A DNA stretch of 28,482 nucleotides. Source: a virus (taxonomy: Duplodnaviria; Caudoviricetes). The DNA lies in IMG/VR virus record IMGVR_UViG_3300020161_003187, positions 1 through 28,482 of that record; one strand, written 5' to 3'. The notes beneath the pieces were generated by a model that was not told the origin of the DNA, did no database searches, and saw only the letters and a program-made list of their open reading frames with translations. The position numbers and the translations under genes are program-made. Shown in pieces: positions 8,652 through 18,904 of the stretch. The first letter of the stretch is position 1. Each line of letters opens with the position of its first letter.

Positions 8652-9818
8652 TTATTGTTTTCTAATATTAAAATATCCGTTTCCATAAATTGATAATTCT
8701 CCTGTGTTTTCAATTTCAGATAATCTAAGTGTTTTTTCCATCACGCCTTGTTTACCTCTCTCAACGAAAATATCCGAATAAATTACCGGTTCGTCAATGA
8801 ATCCTAAGAAATGTTCATTTCTCGTAATCATTTTATTTATAACCTCTTCTTTTGTGAAACCTGAAGTTGTACCAGTAATTGTGGTTACACCATCTTCAAA
8901 ATCTTGATAATATAAATTATCAATCGTATATGCACTGTAAGCAATACCGTTTAGTGAACCTGTGGTTACACCTGAATATGTATTTGAACCATAGAGTTTT
9001 AGTTCACTAATTCTACTCTTACCAATCGCAGCATAAGTGAAGTTTGTATATCCTGTATACGTTCCATTGTATTCCAAATCATTTAAATAATTTTGTGACT
9101 GACCTGTGATAGTTGTATAAGGTATTGTGAATCCTGAGAATGTACCCAAAGGATTAACGACAGTTGTATTTGATGGGATTTGAATTGTTTTTTTAGTTTC
9201 AAATTGACTCCATGGTGTGTTTATTGAAATTGATATTGTTGTTTGTCCTGTTGACGAGTAGGTTTTTGAGGTGGTGATATTTGTTGAGGTTAAAATACTT
9301 GTTGTTCCGTCTCCCCAATCAACTGTAAAATCTATAAAATGAATCTCAGAAACTTTTGATGTGTCTACTGTATTATAAACTTGTACTGTGTTACCTGTTT
9401 GTGTGTATGAGAAATTACAGATTTGTTCAACTTGTTCCATTTGACCGTCGAACCCAACCATGACACCCATTTCGTCAATGTGTGTTTCTAAAAATATTGG
9501 TAACATATGTTCACCGTACGCTTCTCCTTTAGTGATATTTTCCCATGAATACAATTCAAGTGTTAAATCACAACCAGTGTCACCATAAGAATTACTTGGT
9601 ATTGTATTTCCTGTCCACACATAATATCCCGAAGATACTGTACCACCTGTAACATTATATATAATAAAACCATCTAATGGGTCCAAATATTTTGATTCAG
9701 TCCAAGATATTAAATTACCAAAACTATTATACCAATATGGACCATCATTTGAATATAATTTTACTTCAGGAATATTTTTCCTAAGTACTTCATACTTTGT
9801 TGGTGATTTAATGTCCAT
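8652..9818 (-). CDS. Putative virion protein with a PKD/Ig-like domain (388 aa)
   Basis: FTVDWGDGTT...KTYSSTGQTTISISI resembles the PKD W-x-F/W-GDG...H-x-Y-x-x-x-G-x-Y signature. TAATG-coupled to the upstream gene. Confidence 0.65.
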   Translation of the reverse strand: MDIKSPTKYEVLRKNIPEVKLYSNDGPYWYNSFGNLISWTESKYLDPLDGFIIYNVTGGTVSSGYYVWTGNTIPSNSYGDTGCDLTLELYSWENITKGEAYGEHMLPIFLETHIDEMGVMVGFDGQMEQVEQICNFSYTQTGNTVQVYNTVDTSKVSEIHFIDFTVDWGDGTTSILTSTNITTSKTYSSTGQTTISISINTPWSQFETKKTIQIPSNTTVVNPLGTFSGFTIPYTTITGQSQNYLNDLEYNGTYTGYTNFTYAAIGKSRISELKLYGSNTYSGVTTGSLNGIAYSAYTIDNLYYQDFEDGVTTITGTTSGFTKEEVINKMITRNEHFLGFIDEPVIYSDIFVERGKQGVMEKTLRLSEIENTGELSIYGNGYFNIRKQ

Positions 9819-10645
9819 TATTGTTTTCTCTCATAAAAATTTATTGGGGTATTTACTAATCCAACTCTTGAACCTATTGAACCGTTATAAGAGTATACGA
9901 TATACGAGTAATAACTCCTATCTATAATTACTTTATAATAAACATCTTCTTCTTCAATAATCGGAACACCCGCAGCTTTAGACTTGTTCACAAAATCAAT
10001 AACACTACCGTCTTTTGCATTATAATATTTTGCCGTCATGTAAAAAGTGTTACCGGTAATGTTTGTTTCACTAAATGGCGAATCATCGGTAAACCAAAAA
10101 AAGTACATGTTTTCAGTATTCCTATAATTTGAACCCGTAAAAACAGGTACGTACACATAATCATTCAATGGTAATGTTGAACCAGTTGGGGTTCCTGTAT
10201 AAAACACTCTTTCACCCAACGGGAGTGATAAATTTTTTGCGAACACTAATCTTCTGTTTGTAAGATTTGGTGAACTGTCATTATTTGTTTTGTAAAACTC
10301 TAATCTAAAAAAACTCTCCGTTGATTGTTTTAACATTTTTGAATTTTCTTCAAAGGTTATTCCAACTTCCTCATAATTTTGACTATAATTACCTGACGTG
10401 TTTACAAAATAAAAACTATACCAAATATCTGTTTGTTGGAATGTGGTTCCCGATACCGCGGACGTTTGATTATATGGTGAATGGATATATCTAACTGTTT
10501 CATAATTTTCTGTTGGATTGATAATTTCATATAAAATTTCCTGTTCCATTTGTTCGGCACTATCAGTCCAACCTAAATCAGTTTTAAACATCTGATTAGA
10601 TGGAATGATAATACTTTGGTCATTATTTTTAGCTAAAATTTTCAT
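9818..10645 (-). CDS. Hypothetical protein, probably virion-associated (275 aa)
   Basis: Long aromatic, beta-rich ORF tightly packed within the baseplate operon. Confidence 0.8.
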   Translation of the reverse strand: MKILAKNNDQSIIIPSNQMFKTDLGWTDSAEQMEQEILYEIINPTENYETVRYIHSPYNQTSAVSGTTFQQTDIWYSFYFVNTSGNYSQNYEEVGITFEENSKMLKQSTESFFRLEFYKTNNDSSPNLTNRRLVFAKNLSLPLGERVFYTGTPTGSTLPLNDYVYVPVFTGSNYRNTENMYFFWFTDDSPFSETNITGNTFYMTAKYYNAKDGSVIDFVNKSKAAGVPIIEEEDVYYKVIIDRSYYSYIVYSYNGSIGSRVGLVNTPINFYERKQ

Positions 10646-10646
10646 A

Positions 10647-12419
10647 TCAACACTTAAATTTGTTTACATTTTTAACTAAATCCTGTTTATTAGTGTAAAT
10701 GTTTTCATTTCGTAAATAGAAATTAATATCTGTTTTGACATAGTGGATATTATTAATAAATGGGTAATTTGTTCCAAACCCATCGGGGTCTATAAATCCG
10801 TGGTCATATAAATCTCTCCATTTCCACAAAGATTCATCTTCAAAATATTTTGCATTCTGTGGTAAACCATATACTTGATTTGTTTTGGATGTTTCAATAT
10901 ATGGTGAAAGTTGTCTCAGTTTAATTCTATGGTGCGGTTGATAAAATAGACCATACATATTAGTCATTGAACCTCCTGAAAACGAAACTGTCGAACCCGA
11001 TTGTCCATAATCAAAGACAAATAATGGATTTGAAAATCTGTGAAATGATTCACTTATAATCCTTTCTCTTAATTCACCTCGGTTATATTCAACAAATGCC
11101 CCATGTAAAATTGTGTTTAATGGTAAATCGGTTCCACCGGTAAAATTATAGGTTGTGCTTCCTGTCCCTAAAGTAATTGTCTTTGAAAATCCTGTTGTTG
11201 TGATTGAGGTTTCTGTTGACCCCGTTCCGTTAAAATGTTTGTCCACCCAAGTATCATGAAAATTAAATTTCCAACCAACTTTAGGTGGATATTCAAAATA
11301 ACCGTTTCTATTTGATAGGATTGTTGTCACATAAACATCTGTAGGTAAATAACCTAAATTATTTGTTAACCCTGTTAGGGTAAATGGTTGTTTGAAATCA
11401 TAAATCAAAGATTCCATCATGTTTCTTTCAACCAAAACATCTGATTCTCCCGCACTATTTTCCAATAAGAGTTTTCTTTCGTTTTCCCATATTGAAGATT
11501 CAAAACCTATTTTATCTAAAATATAATCTTCTCTCTCGGTTAATGTTTTATGTTTGTGAACATAATAACTCGAAGTTGAGCCTGATATGTCATTTCTGTT
11601 TGTGCATCTTTTACCGAACACCACAGTTGATAATGTTGTCCCTGATGACATTTCAGATTTAGAAACTTCAAGTATATATTTTTCAGAATCATATATAGAA
11701 TCACCAACACTAATTATTGAAAAGGTTCTACCACTAACGGGTATGGAGTTATTTAATGTCCCCCCACTTATCGTTATAAATTCACCCGAAGACATACCGT
11801 GTTCTACAGGGCTGGTTAATTTGAAAGAGTCTCCCGTGTCCTCAACTCTGAATGGTATACCATCACCACTTACAAAACTAAAAACGGTGTTACCGCTCAA
11901 AGTATATTTCATGGGGTAGTTTGAATCTTGTCCATAGACATAGGATAGGTAGATGTTCCAATTGTGATATGGTGCGTCAATACTTGATATCGGTACGTGT
12001 TGTGTTTCACCTGAATAGGTTACACTTGGTGTGTATAGAGTGAGTGAGGATATGGTTTGGACCGGATTTACTTGTCTAAGAACATCTTTTCTTAAAAACG
12101 CAAATTCTTGATACGGTAAAAATCCTGTAAAATCATTATTACTTCCGTCCCCAACTAAATATAAATTTTTCAAAAGAGGATTGTACTCTGAGGTACCACT
12201 ATAAAGATTACGGAAAACCATTTTTAATTTTCCGTGGATTTTGTAGTTATTACTTTCGTTTCTTTCCTTATTAAATAATTCTGCATTACTTAATATAATG
12301 GTTCTGTCGCCTTCCCTTAACAGATTTTCAGTTTCATCTAAACCAACGCGAATTGTTTGGTCTTGATTAATTGAACCAAAAAATTTTTTAGAGGGTAATA
12401 TAATTCTTTTTTTATCCAT
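10647..12419 (-). CDS. Hypothetical protein, probably virion-associated (590 aa)
   Basis: Long S/T/G-rich ORF with a TAATG overlap at 12419. Contains an 'SPVEHGMSSGEFITI' segment of a type seen in phage baseplate/tail beta-domains. Confidence 0.8.
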   Translation of the reverse strand: MDKKRIILPSKKFFGSINQDQTIRVGLDETENLLREGDRTIILSNAELFNKERNESNNYKIHGKLKMVFRNLYSGTSEYNPLLKNLYLVGDGSNNDFTGFLPYQEFAFLRKDVLRQVNPVQTISSLTLYTPSVTYSGETQHVPISSIDAPYHNWNIYLSYVYGQDSNYPMKYTLSGNTVFSFVSGDGIPFRVEDTGDSFKLTSPVEHGMSSGEFITISGGTLNNSIPVSGRTFSIISVGDSIYDSEKYILEVSKSEMSSGTTLSTVVFGKRCTNRNDISGSTSSYYVHKHKTLTEREDYILDKIGFESSIWENERKLLLENSAGESDVLVERNMMESLIYDFKQPFTLTGLTNNLGYLPTDVYVTTILSNRNGYFEYPPKVGWKFNFHDTWVDKHFNGTGSTETSITTTGFSKTITLGTGSTTYNFTGGTDLPLNTILHGAFVEYNRGELRERIISESFHRFSNPLFVFDYGQSGSTVSFSGGSMTNMYGLFYQPHHRIKLRQLSPYIETSKTNQVYGLPQNAKYFEDESLWKWRDLYDHGFIDPDGFGTNYPFINNIHYVKTDINFYLRNENIYTNKQDLVKNVNKFKC

Positions 12420-15400
12420 TATTCTGATGAAGGAAATGCGTCTTTAGGGCCAAATAATTTTATGAACTTATCGATTGCGGTTTTACCGGGTCTTAATCCA
12501 AAATAAAATAAGAAAGGTGTTGATAATATTTGTTTATTTCCCGTATAATTTACTTCTGTTGGTTTTAATATAAAATCAACATCAAAATTCCAAGATTTTG
12601 ATGTCCATCCTCCTGTATCGCCAACTCTAATCCATAGTATTCCTGTAAGAGGAACCAAAGTTGTTCCTGAGGTGATGTGTAAAACAGTAAACCCTTCCTC
12701 TTGATTATTATAATTTAAGTGTACATCTGTTGTGTCTTCCACGTCAAACGTGTCGTCATTTACGTCCGCACCAACAATTGTGAAAGTGTCTCCACTATAT
12801 GTTTTAGTCATGGGGAAAAGAAGGTAATCATACGTACTATCACCCGAAAACGCGTAGTTATAAGACATTCCTTGTAATCTTTGAGCGGCAACCGTTGCGT
12901 AGTCCCAAGATTGTCCATTTCCCTCACCAAATCCTTGTCCCTTTTTGTCCCAATAAAAAAATGGTACAATTTGTGATGATTCGGTTAATCTACCGGGTTC
13001 ATTTAAACAAACTCTAACTCTATACCCATCATCATCAAAAACAAAATTTATCGGCATCGGACCGTTTAAAGTTCCTAACTGAGACCTAAACAAATTCACA
13101 TATTCATCGGGGTCAAGAATTACCGGATTGTATTGTCCGTAATATCTATTTTGTAAATCAAATTCCTCGATACCAACTTCATTACTTATCGAAATGAGTT
13201 GTAAAACATCACCATTTAATATTTCTTTATTCGTATTAAATGGATAGGTTGATGTGTACCCTGTGTTAGAGAAAAAATCTTTATAACCATAATCGTTATT
13301 AGTGTCTAATCTATAGTTAATGTAGAGTCCCAACATTTCTTTAAAACTTTGATATGATGTTGGTCCAATATTTCTAACAACGGAACAGTTTGGGTCCAAA
13401 TTTGGGTCTACACATATCTCTTTTATAAATTCGTCTCGAGGACCCAAATCCATTACTGTGGTTGGGTGTCTTAAGGTACTGAATTGATTTCCAGCGGATA
13501 TTGTTTTTTGAAAAATGGATAAAGAACTATTCCATTTTGTAGACCTATAATAAAATCTTTTTACCGCGGAGTTAGATGTTTTTTCTTTTACTTTATAATA
13601 AACTAAATTTTCACAATAATTTGTTCTTCTGACGTTTAAATCCAATTCTTCCTCGTTGTCCCATCGTACTTTAGCTTTAAATGGGAACAAATACAATGAA
13701 CCACCTAACCAATTATCAAAAAATGAATAATTTACAATACCCTCACAGAATACTTTGTTTACTAATTTTCTTCGAGCATACTCCCTAATTAAGGTTCTCT
13801 GCGTGTTCCAATTTTCAGTATTAGCGGCAGGTATAATGCTGTAAACACCAAATCTAAATTCTGAAAACCCACTTCTGGTTGTACAAGATGCACATGGATT
13901 CAATGTGGCACCTGTAACATATGCGGATTGACCTACCGCCATCAAACCAGATGATGTACAAGATGTTCCCGCAACCGCAATAACTTCACTTGTATCATCA
14001 TAATTTGCGGTAACTCCCGTTGCGCAATATGTTAAATTTACGATACCACTATCGTCGTAAATTGTGTTTTGTGATAAACATCCTTCAGGAAGAGATGTGG
14101 AATCAAATGTGCTAGTTGATGAACCTGTCAGTGGAAAATGGTTATCATAAATTTCATAAGTAAAACCTGTCCAAACATAATCTTTAGGTATCGACAAATC
14201 ATTCCAAACCAACCATCCGTTTACATTTGCACTATCTCTTCCTAATAATCCGGTGGTTGCTCCACAAGTATAAGTACCCATTAATAGTTGAGTTGTTAGA
14301 CCTGTTGTCAATCCACTTAATGCCATTAAATCAGAAGATTGTGCATATGCGTGTGGTAAATAAGAAATTAATTTAACGTAATATGTTCTACCGGTAACCG
14401 CGCCTGTTATAATATTACTATGTATTGTTGATAATGATTGACCATATGGTCCATATGTCGAATAAGAGGTCAATCCACTCGTTGGATTTTCGCTTAAAAA
14501 ATATTCGTTTATTCCACTATCATAATCACATATAAAAATTTCAGTGTCATTAGTATCACAATCTCCAACGTCACTTGCTGTGTTTATTCCAGAAACTAAA
14601 GATAATGAACCTGTTCGCAAACACACTCCCGTCACGGATGAACCACTAAATGGTATTGATAGGTTTGTTAAAACACCTGTGGTACAGTCAACATATTGAT
14701 AAACACTAGTTGATGAAGCCGGCACCCCAAAATCGTAAGTATCACAATTAACTAATAAAGTCAATTTGTCTCTCACTGCAGTTCCTTGACCAATTTTATT
14801 ATAAAGTGTGGATGGGTCTGACGATGTGTTTATTGTTGCACCACTAATCTCAACCTCATCACAAGATTCACACTCAGGGTAGACAACAGTGCTCAAATAC
14901 ACTGTACCTAATCTCTGAAGTGGTTCAATAACTTTCGCGTCCATCCAATTGAATGGGGACCAATCAATAATTGTTACCCCCAAAGCTCGAATATAAATTC
15001 TAAATTCATATAACGCTTGAAACGGTACTATTATAACTTGTAACGCCTGAACAAATGCAGTATATATAACTCTTTCGAATGCGTTTAAAATTATCGCAAT
15101 TAAAATGGCGAAACTAAACTTTTTCCATGCGTAATTTATTGGTGGAGTTACAACAGTTGATTCACAATCCTCTTCAATTTTGGGTGCGATATCTTTTATA
15201 CCCAAAAAATTATCTTTATTTCCTTTAAAATGTCCACCCATATAAGATGAAACCGAATATACTTTATTGTATGTAAATCTAAAAAAATAATCTTCGGGAA
15301 AATAACTATCAAATGTTTGGTTAAAAATTACTGAAGTGTTTGTTGCTGACGATGGATAGTCGTCCCAATTCAATGAAAACGCATATGATGCATCTATGTC

Positions 15401-16561
15401 ATTGGAATATTCTCTAATGTTTGGCACCAAATAACTTCCAACATATCTAACTCTTGCCAAATTTTGGTTTTTACCTGAAATTCTAAATCTATAACAAGAA
15501 CTCGTTGGGATACCTTTATTGGGGTCATTCGTGATTTCCGTTTCACCAAATTCATTTGTGTAAACATACTCCATATTCATTGGTAAGGGTATTACGAATG
15601 AACCGTCTTCATCAATTTCTTCTTGAAATTCGTATGTTTCTAATATTGGTCTACCTAATGAATCTTTATTTGATGTGAATCGAATCATTTCAACTTCCGC
15701 AGCAAACGTTGTTAAATCACATTTTCGACCCATATCTTTTCTTGGTGTACAGTTCTTGTTGAGCGTGTTAACTCCCTTGTCTGAATATATTGAACCTAAT
15801 AGATACGCTTTAGGTTCAATTTTTACACCTTTACTTGATAAGTCAAAATCCGTTCTTGTAATTCCGATTTCACACAAATCTTCGTTACCCCAAAAAGGAT
15901 AAACTTCAACTGTTTGATTGAAAGAAACAACTTGAGGTAAAGTATCTAAATCATTAGAAGATTTAAAAGTGTAACTATTTTTAAATTTATCAACCCCCAA
16001 TCCTTGTCTAATAAAATCATCTGGTCTCAATGAAAAACATCCGATATCTGATAAATCGACATCAACATGAACCAATTGTGTCCCAACAGGGACACCCCAT
16101 ATCATAAAATCACCGGCATCATTAGTTTTAACTGTGTATTTGTAATATTTTTCGTAAACTTCAAGAATTTCTTCTCTTGTCAATATATCTTTTTGGTCAG
16201 GGAATGTTCCTGTTGGTTCATGACCACCGTGTTGTTTTCGTGACGGTAATAGATTATATCTATAACCATTTTCATTTTTATCTTCAACTACGGTAAATGG
16301 ATATAATGCTGACACCACAGGGTCCTGTGAATCTTGTTCCGATATGGGTATAAAAATTGAAACTCTTGCGTTCGGAACACCGAAACCGTTATTAACAAAT
16401 ATTCTACCGCAGACAACGCCATAATCTGCACACATTGAAGAATACGCTTCGGTCTGTGTAAATTTAAGAGATAAAATCTCCAATAAGTCAAAGTCATTTT
16501 TTAATTCAACTACAACTTTTTGGTCTTTACCTATATTTGTGGAAATTCTGTGTTTCTGCAT
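12419..16561 (-). CDS. Large putative virion protein (1380 aa) with an N-terminal carboxypeptidase-regulatory/transthyretin-like domain, a hydrophobic segment and a Cys-rich centre
   Basis: GVVCGRIFVNNGFGVPNARVSI...TVKTNDAGDFMIWGVPVGTQLVHVD fits the CarboxypepD_reg-like pattern (G-x-V...G-x-P...A-x-V...T-x-x-x-G-x-F...P-x-G). Directly downstream of the gp6-like gene. Confidence 0.65.
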   Translation of the reverse strand: MQKHRISTNIGKDQKVVVELKNDFDLLEILSLKFTQTEAYSSMCADYGVVCGRIFVNNGFGVPNARVSIFIPISEQDSQDPVVSALYPFTVVEDKNENGYRYNLLPSRKQHGGHEPTGTFPDQKDILTREEILEVYEKYYKYTVKTNDAGDFMIWGVPVGTQLVHVDVDLSDIGCFSLRPDDFIRQGLGVDKFKNSYTFKSSNDLDTLPQVVSFNQTVEVYPFWGNEDLCEIGITRTDFDLSSKGVKIEPKAYLLGSIYSDKGVNTLNKNCTPRKDMGRKCDLTTFAAEVEMIRFTSNKDSLGRPILETYEFQEEIDEDGSFVIPLPMNMEYVYTNEFGETEITNDPNKGIPTSSCYRFRISGKNQNLARVRYVGSYLVPNIREYSNDIDASYAFSLNWDDYPSSATNTSVIFNQTFDSYFPEDYFFRFTYNKVYSVSSYMGGHFKGNKDNFLGIKDIAPKIEEDCESTVVTPPINYAWKKFSFAILIAIILNAFERVIYTAFVQALQVIIVPFQALYEFRIYIRALGVTIIDWSPFNWMDAKVIEPLQRLGTVYLSTVVYPECESCDEVEISGATINTSSDPSTLYNKIGQGTAVRDKLTLLVNCDTYDFGVPASSTSVYQYVDCTTGVLTNLSIPFSGSSVTGVCLRTGSLSLVSGINTASDVGDCDTNDTEIFICDYDSGINEYFLSENPTSGLTSYSTYGPYGQSLSTIHSNIITGAVTGRTYYVKLISYLPHAYAQSSDLMALSGLTTGLTTQLLMGTYTCGATTGLLGRDSANVNGWLVWNDLSIPKDYVWTGFTYEIYDNHFPLTGSSTSTFDSTSLPEGCLSQNTIYDDSGIVNLTYCATGVTANYDDTSEVIAVAGTSCTSSGLMAVGQSAYVTGATLNPCASCTTRSGFSEFRFGVYSIIPAANTENWNTQRTLIREYARRKLVNKVFCEGIVNYSFFDNWLGGSLYLFPFKAKVRWDNEEELDLNVRRTNYCENLVYYKVKEKTSNSAVKRFYYRSTKWNSSLSIFQKTISAGNQFSTLRHPTTVMDLGPRDEFIKEICVDPNLDPNCSVVRNIGPTSYQSFKEMLGLYINYRLDTNNDYGYKDFFSNTGYTSTYPFNTNKEILNGDVLQLISISNEVGIEEFDLQNRYYGQYNPVILDPDEYVNLFRSQLGTLNGPMPINFVFDDDGYRVRVCLNEPGRLTESSQIVPFFYWDKKGQGFGEGNGQSWDYATVAAQRLQGMSYNYAFSGDSTYDYLLFPMTKTYSGDTFTIVGADVNDDTFDVEDTTDVHLNYNNQEEGFTVLHITSGTTLVPLTGILWIRVGDTGGWTSKSWNFDVDFILKPTEVNYTGNKQILSTPFLFYFGLRPGKTAIDKFIKLFGPKDAFPSSE

Positions 16562-16567
16562 TCTTCT

Positions 16568-16604
16568 ATAAATAGAAAATTATGGATTTCCAGAAAAATA
16601 AATA
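16568..16604 (-). promoter_or_regulatory. Two TATTTAT motifs, putative late promoter
   Basis: Copies at 16568-16574 and 16598-16604, in the 52-nt gap before the ATG at 16561. Confidence 0.4.
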
Positions 16605-16613
16605 AAAATTAAA

Positions 16614-18446
16614 TTAGAATGTAGTCGTTCCTAATGTTTTAACTCTAACTTTAATATCTTTTTGTGGAAATCTTATCTGATATATTTGATTAGATTTCAT
16701 ATAAATGGTTGAATCCGCTTGAGAAATCTCTTTAGTGTTTGAATTTACATATGACTGAGCAACTTCTGATGATGAATATTCACCACCAACGTTGTTAAAT
16801 ACTCGAATATCTACAGCGTTAACCACACCATTTACCTCACCGATTGTTCTATACAAATCACCAACAAATAATGGGTCTCCCATTTTTCTTTTTTCAATCG
16901 AAAAGTAATTTACTGTGTTTTCAATAATTGTCCTTACAATATCTGTTTGATTACCATTTTTATCAATAACAACGTCAACTTCTAAAGTAAAATCAACAAC
17001 CTCACCACTTTCAACTTCCAAGAAATCATTTACCATTCTATATTCAGCTAAATAACTTAAAATATTGTTTTTTAAAGTGTTTGAAACAGTATCGATTAAA
17101 TTACCATTTTCATCATAAGAAAGTAATTTAATTTTTATTTTATTATCTTCTTCCATCACATTAACTTTGGCGGGTGCTCCGTAAGTTGATGGCATTGTTT
17201 CGATTAATGATTTGTAATCGTTTAAGGTTACTGCTCTGTTTTGTGCTGAGAAATTATATGCAATCATATTCCTGACCTCTTCAATCGTAGGTTGGTCAGC
17301 ACCACCTACAGCAGGTGTTACGTTTGTTACTATTAATGAATTTTGTACCTGAACATTAGTGTTTGAGTTTGGTCCATTCACAACAAACTCAACACTATCA
17401 ACACTTGTGATAATATCAACACCGATGTTACTATCTTGTCCCCCACCAATCCTATACTTTATGAATAATGTAGTGTTTGATTTAGGTAGTGCACCAAGTG
17501 ATAAGTTGTTTAAATAAGTACCTAAACTAACTCTTAAATTCCCTTGGTTGTAATTATCTAAATTATCTAATGGATTTACATTACCAGAACCAAATGTTAC
17601 TGAAAAATAATTTTCAGGAGTATACTCAGTGATAAATTTATTTGTTACAGGAATATATGTTCCTGATATGAAATTTTCCGTATCTGACGCACTTGTGGGG
17701 TCGGGAACGAAAACTTTGTCTTGAATTAAAGACTTAACTTCGTACCATTTGTTTTCTGAACCTAAAAATTCAGAGTTAGTTGGGTTGTTTACAAAATTGG
17801 TACCGTCTTTATGGATTACCCCACTTACTCCCAAAACATTTTGTTCGGGTAGGAATAATTTTAAAAATGGTTTTTGGTCAACTTCTGTTATAACTTTTCT
17901 GAATATTCTTGTAACACCATTTACCACCGCCTCTCTTTTTACAATAGAATAAGAAATCAATCTATTATTACCATCAAAATTTGGAATTTTTAATCTATTT
18001 GGTTCACCTCTTTTATTAAATGGATTAGAAAAATCAATATCGTCAATTGTTTCAAAAACTTGTCCTCCACCCGATACTTGTGCTCCCGATTTAATTGTAC
18101 CTAAATAACGTTCATCTTCTTTGTCCCCTCTTACGGGTACTTGTATTGTGAAATCACATAATGCAACGGATGGCCTGTTACCTGGTATTCTCATCCCATA
18201 TGTTTTAGCAATATGGTACAATGATTGTCTTTGTTGTGCAAAATCCAACATTGTTTCTTGCCAAACTCTATCAATATGAAAATGTAAATTATCGGTAACC
18301 GCGGCGTTCAAATCTAATAAAACAGAATATATTGACGCGTCGTTTGTATTCCTAATTAAGTCGGGATAATACTCTCTTGTTAAATTAACTAATTCCTGTC
18401 TTAAACTAGCGAAATCTCTGACAGCATATGATATTTTTTTTGCCAT
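16614..18446 (-). CDS. Baseplate wedge protein, T4 gp6 / baseplate J-like (610 aa)
   Basis: N-terminal 'RDFASLRQEL', 'ETMLDFAQQRQSLYHIAKTYG', 'IKYRIGGG' and 'AVGGAD...AQNRAVTLNDY' are hallmark gp6/J motifs. Confidence 0.93.
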   Translation of the reverse strand: MAKKISYAVRDFASLRQELVNLTREYYPDLIRNTNDASIYSVLLDLNAAVTDNLHFHIDRVWQETMLDFAQQRQSLYHIAKTYGMRIPGNRPSVALCDFTIQVPVRGDKEDERYLGTIKSGAQVSGGGQVFETIDDIDFSNPFNKRGEPNRLKIPNFDGNNRLISYSIVKREAVVNGVTRIFRKVITEVDQKPFLKLFLPEQNVLGVSGVIHKDGTNFVNNPTNSEFLGSENKWYEVKSLIQDKVFVPDPTSASDTENFISGTYIPVTNKFITEYTPENYFSVTFGSGNVNPLDNLDNYNQGNLRVSLGTYLNNLSLGALPKSNTTLFIKYRIGGGQDSNIGVDIITSVDSVEFVVNGPNSNTNVQVQNSLIVTNVTPAVGGADQPTIEEVRNMIAYNFSAQNRAVTLNDYKSLIETMPSTYGAPAKVNVMEEDNKIKIKLLSYDENGNLIDTVSNTLKNNILSYLAEYRMVNDFLEVESGEVVDFTLEVDVVIDKNGNQTDIVRTIIENTVNYFSIEKRKMGDPLFVGDLYRTIGEVNGVVNAVDIRVFNNVGGEYSSSEVAQSYVNSNTKEISQADSTIYMKSNQIYQIRFPQKDIKVRVKTLGTTTF

Positions 18447-18447
18447 G

Positions 18448-18900
18448 TTATATATTAATAATTATAAAATCTGAGGAAACAAATGGTTCATTGTTTATAT
18501 CATAATCAATTCTCACTTTAGCGGTGTACGGTTTAGTGGAATAGTCGGACACTCTAAATAGTCTTGAGTCTTCATCTTCTTGTGGACTAATTGGTTCTTC
18601 AGGGTCTTGGTCGGCGGGAGTTACTCTAATTGATTTTATTTCTAAATTTGGAATATAATCTCGAACTGAAGTTCTGATTTCATCTTCAATCTGTCCCCAT
18701 GTAACCGCGTCGTTTGGTTCAAAAATAAATTCAAACAATCTGGTACCAAAATCGGGTAAATAATATCTCGAACCTTTCCTTGTTAATAACAAGTGAATTA
18801 GGTTTGCACGAATCTCTCTTTCGGGTGTTTCGGTCATAACCAAAAAATCACCTTTTGGACTAATTCTGAATGGAAAGTCTATACCATATGTAATCGCCAT
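18448..18900 (-). CDS. Baseplate wedge subunit, gp25 / GPW family (150 aa)
   Basis: 'IRANLIHLLLTRKGSRYYLPDFGTRLFEFIFEP' is the gp25 signature. Adjacent to the gp6-like gene. Confidence 0.95.
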   Translation of the reverse strand: MAITYGIDFPFRISPKGDFLVMTETPEREIRANLIHLLLTRKGSRYYLPDFGTRLFEFIFEPNDAVTWGQIEDEIRTSVRDYIPNLEIKSIRVTPADQDPEEPISPQEDEDSRLFRVSDYSTKPYTAKVRIDYDINNEPFVSSDFIIINI

Positions 18901-18904
18901 ATCA

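Noticed and set aside
16580-16595. Small near-palindrome (tgga-tt-tcca) between the two TATTTAT motifs
   Set aside because: It is too short to distinguish from chance and is not repeated at the other TATTTAT sites.
16614-18900. Bacterial T6SS, eCIS or tailocin locus
   Set aside because: The gp25/gp6 genes are contiguous with phage-type SSB, recombinase, helicase and RNR genes, and no cellular or T6SS membrane-complex genes are present.
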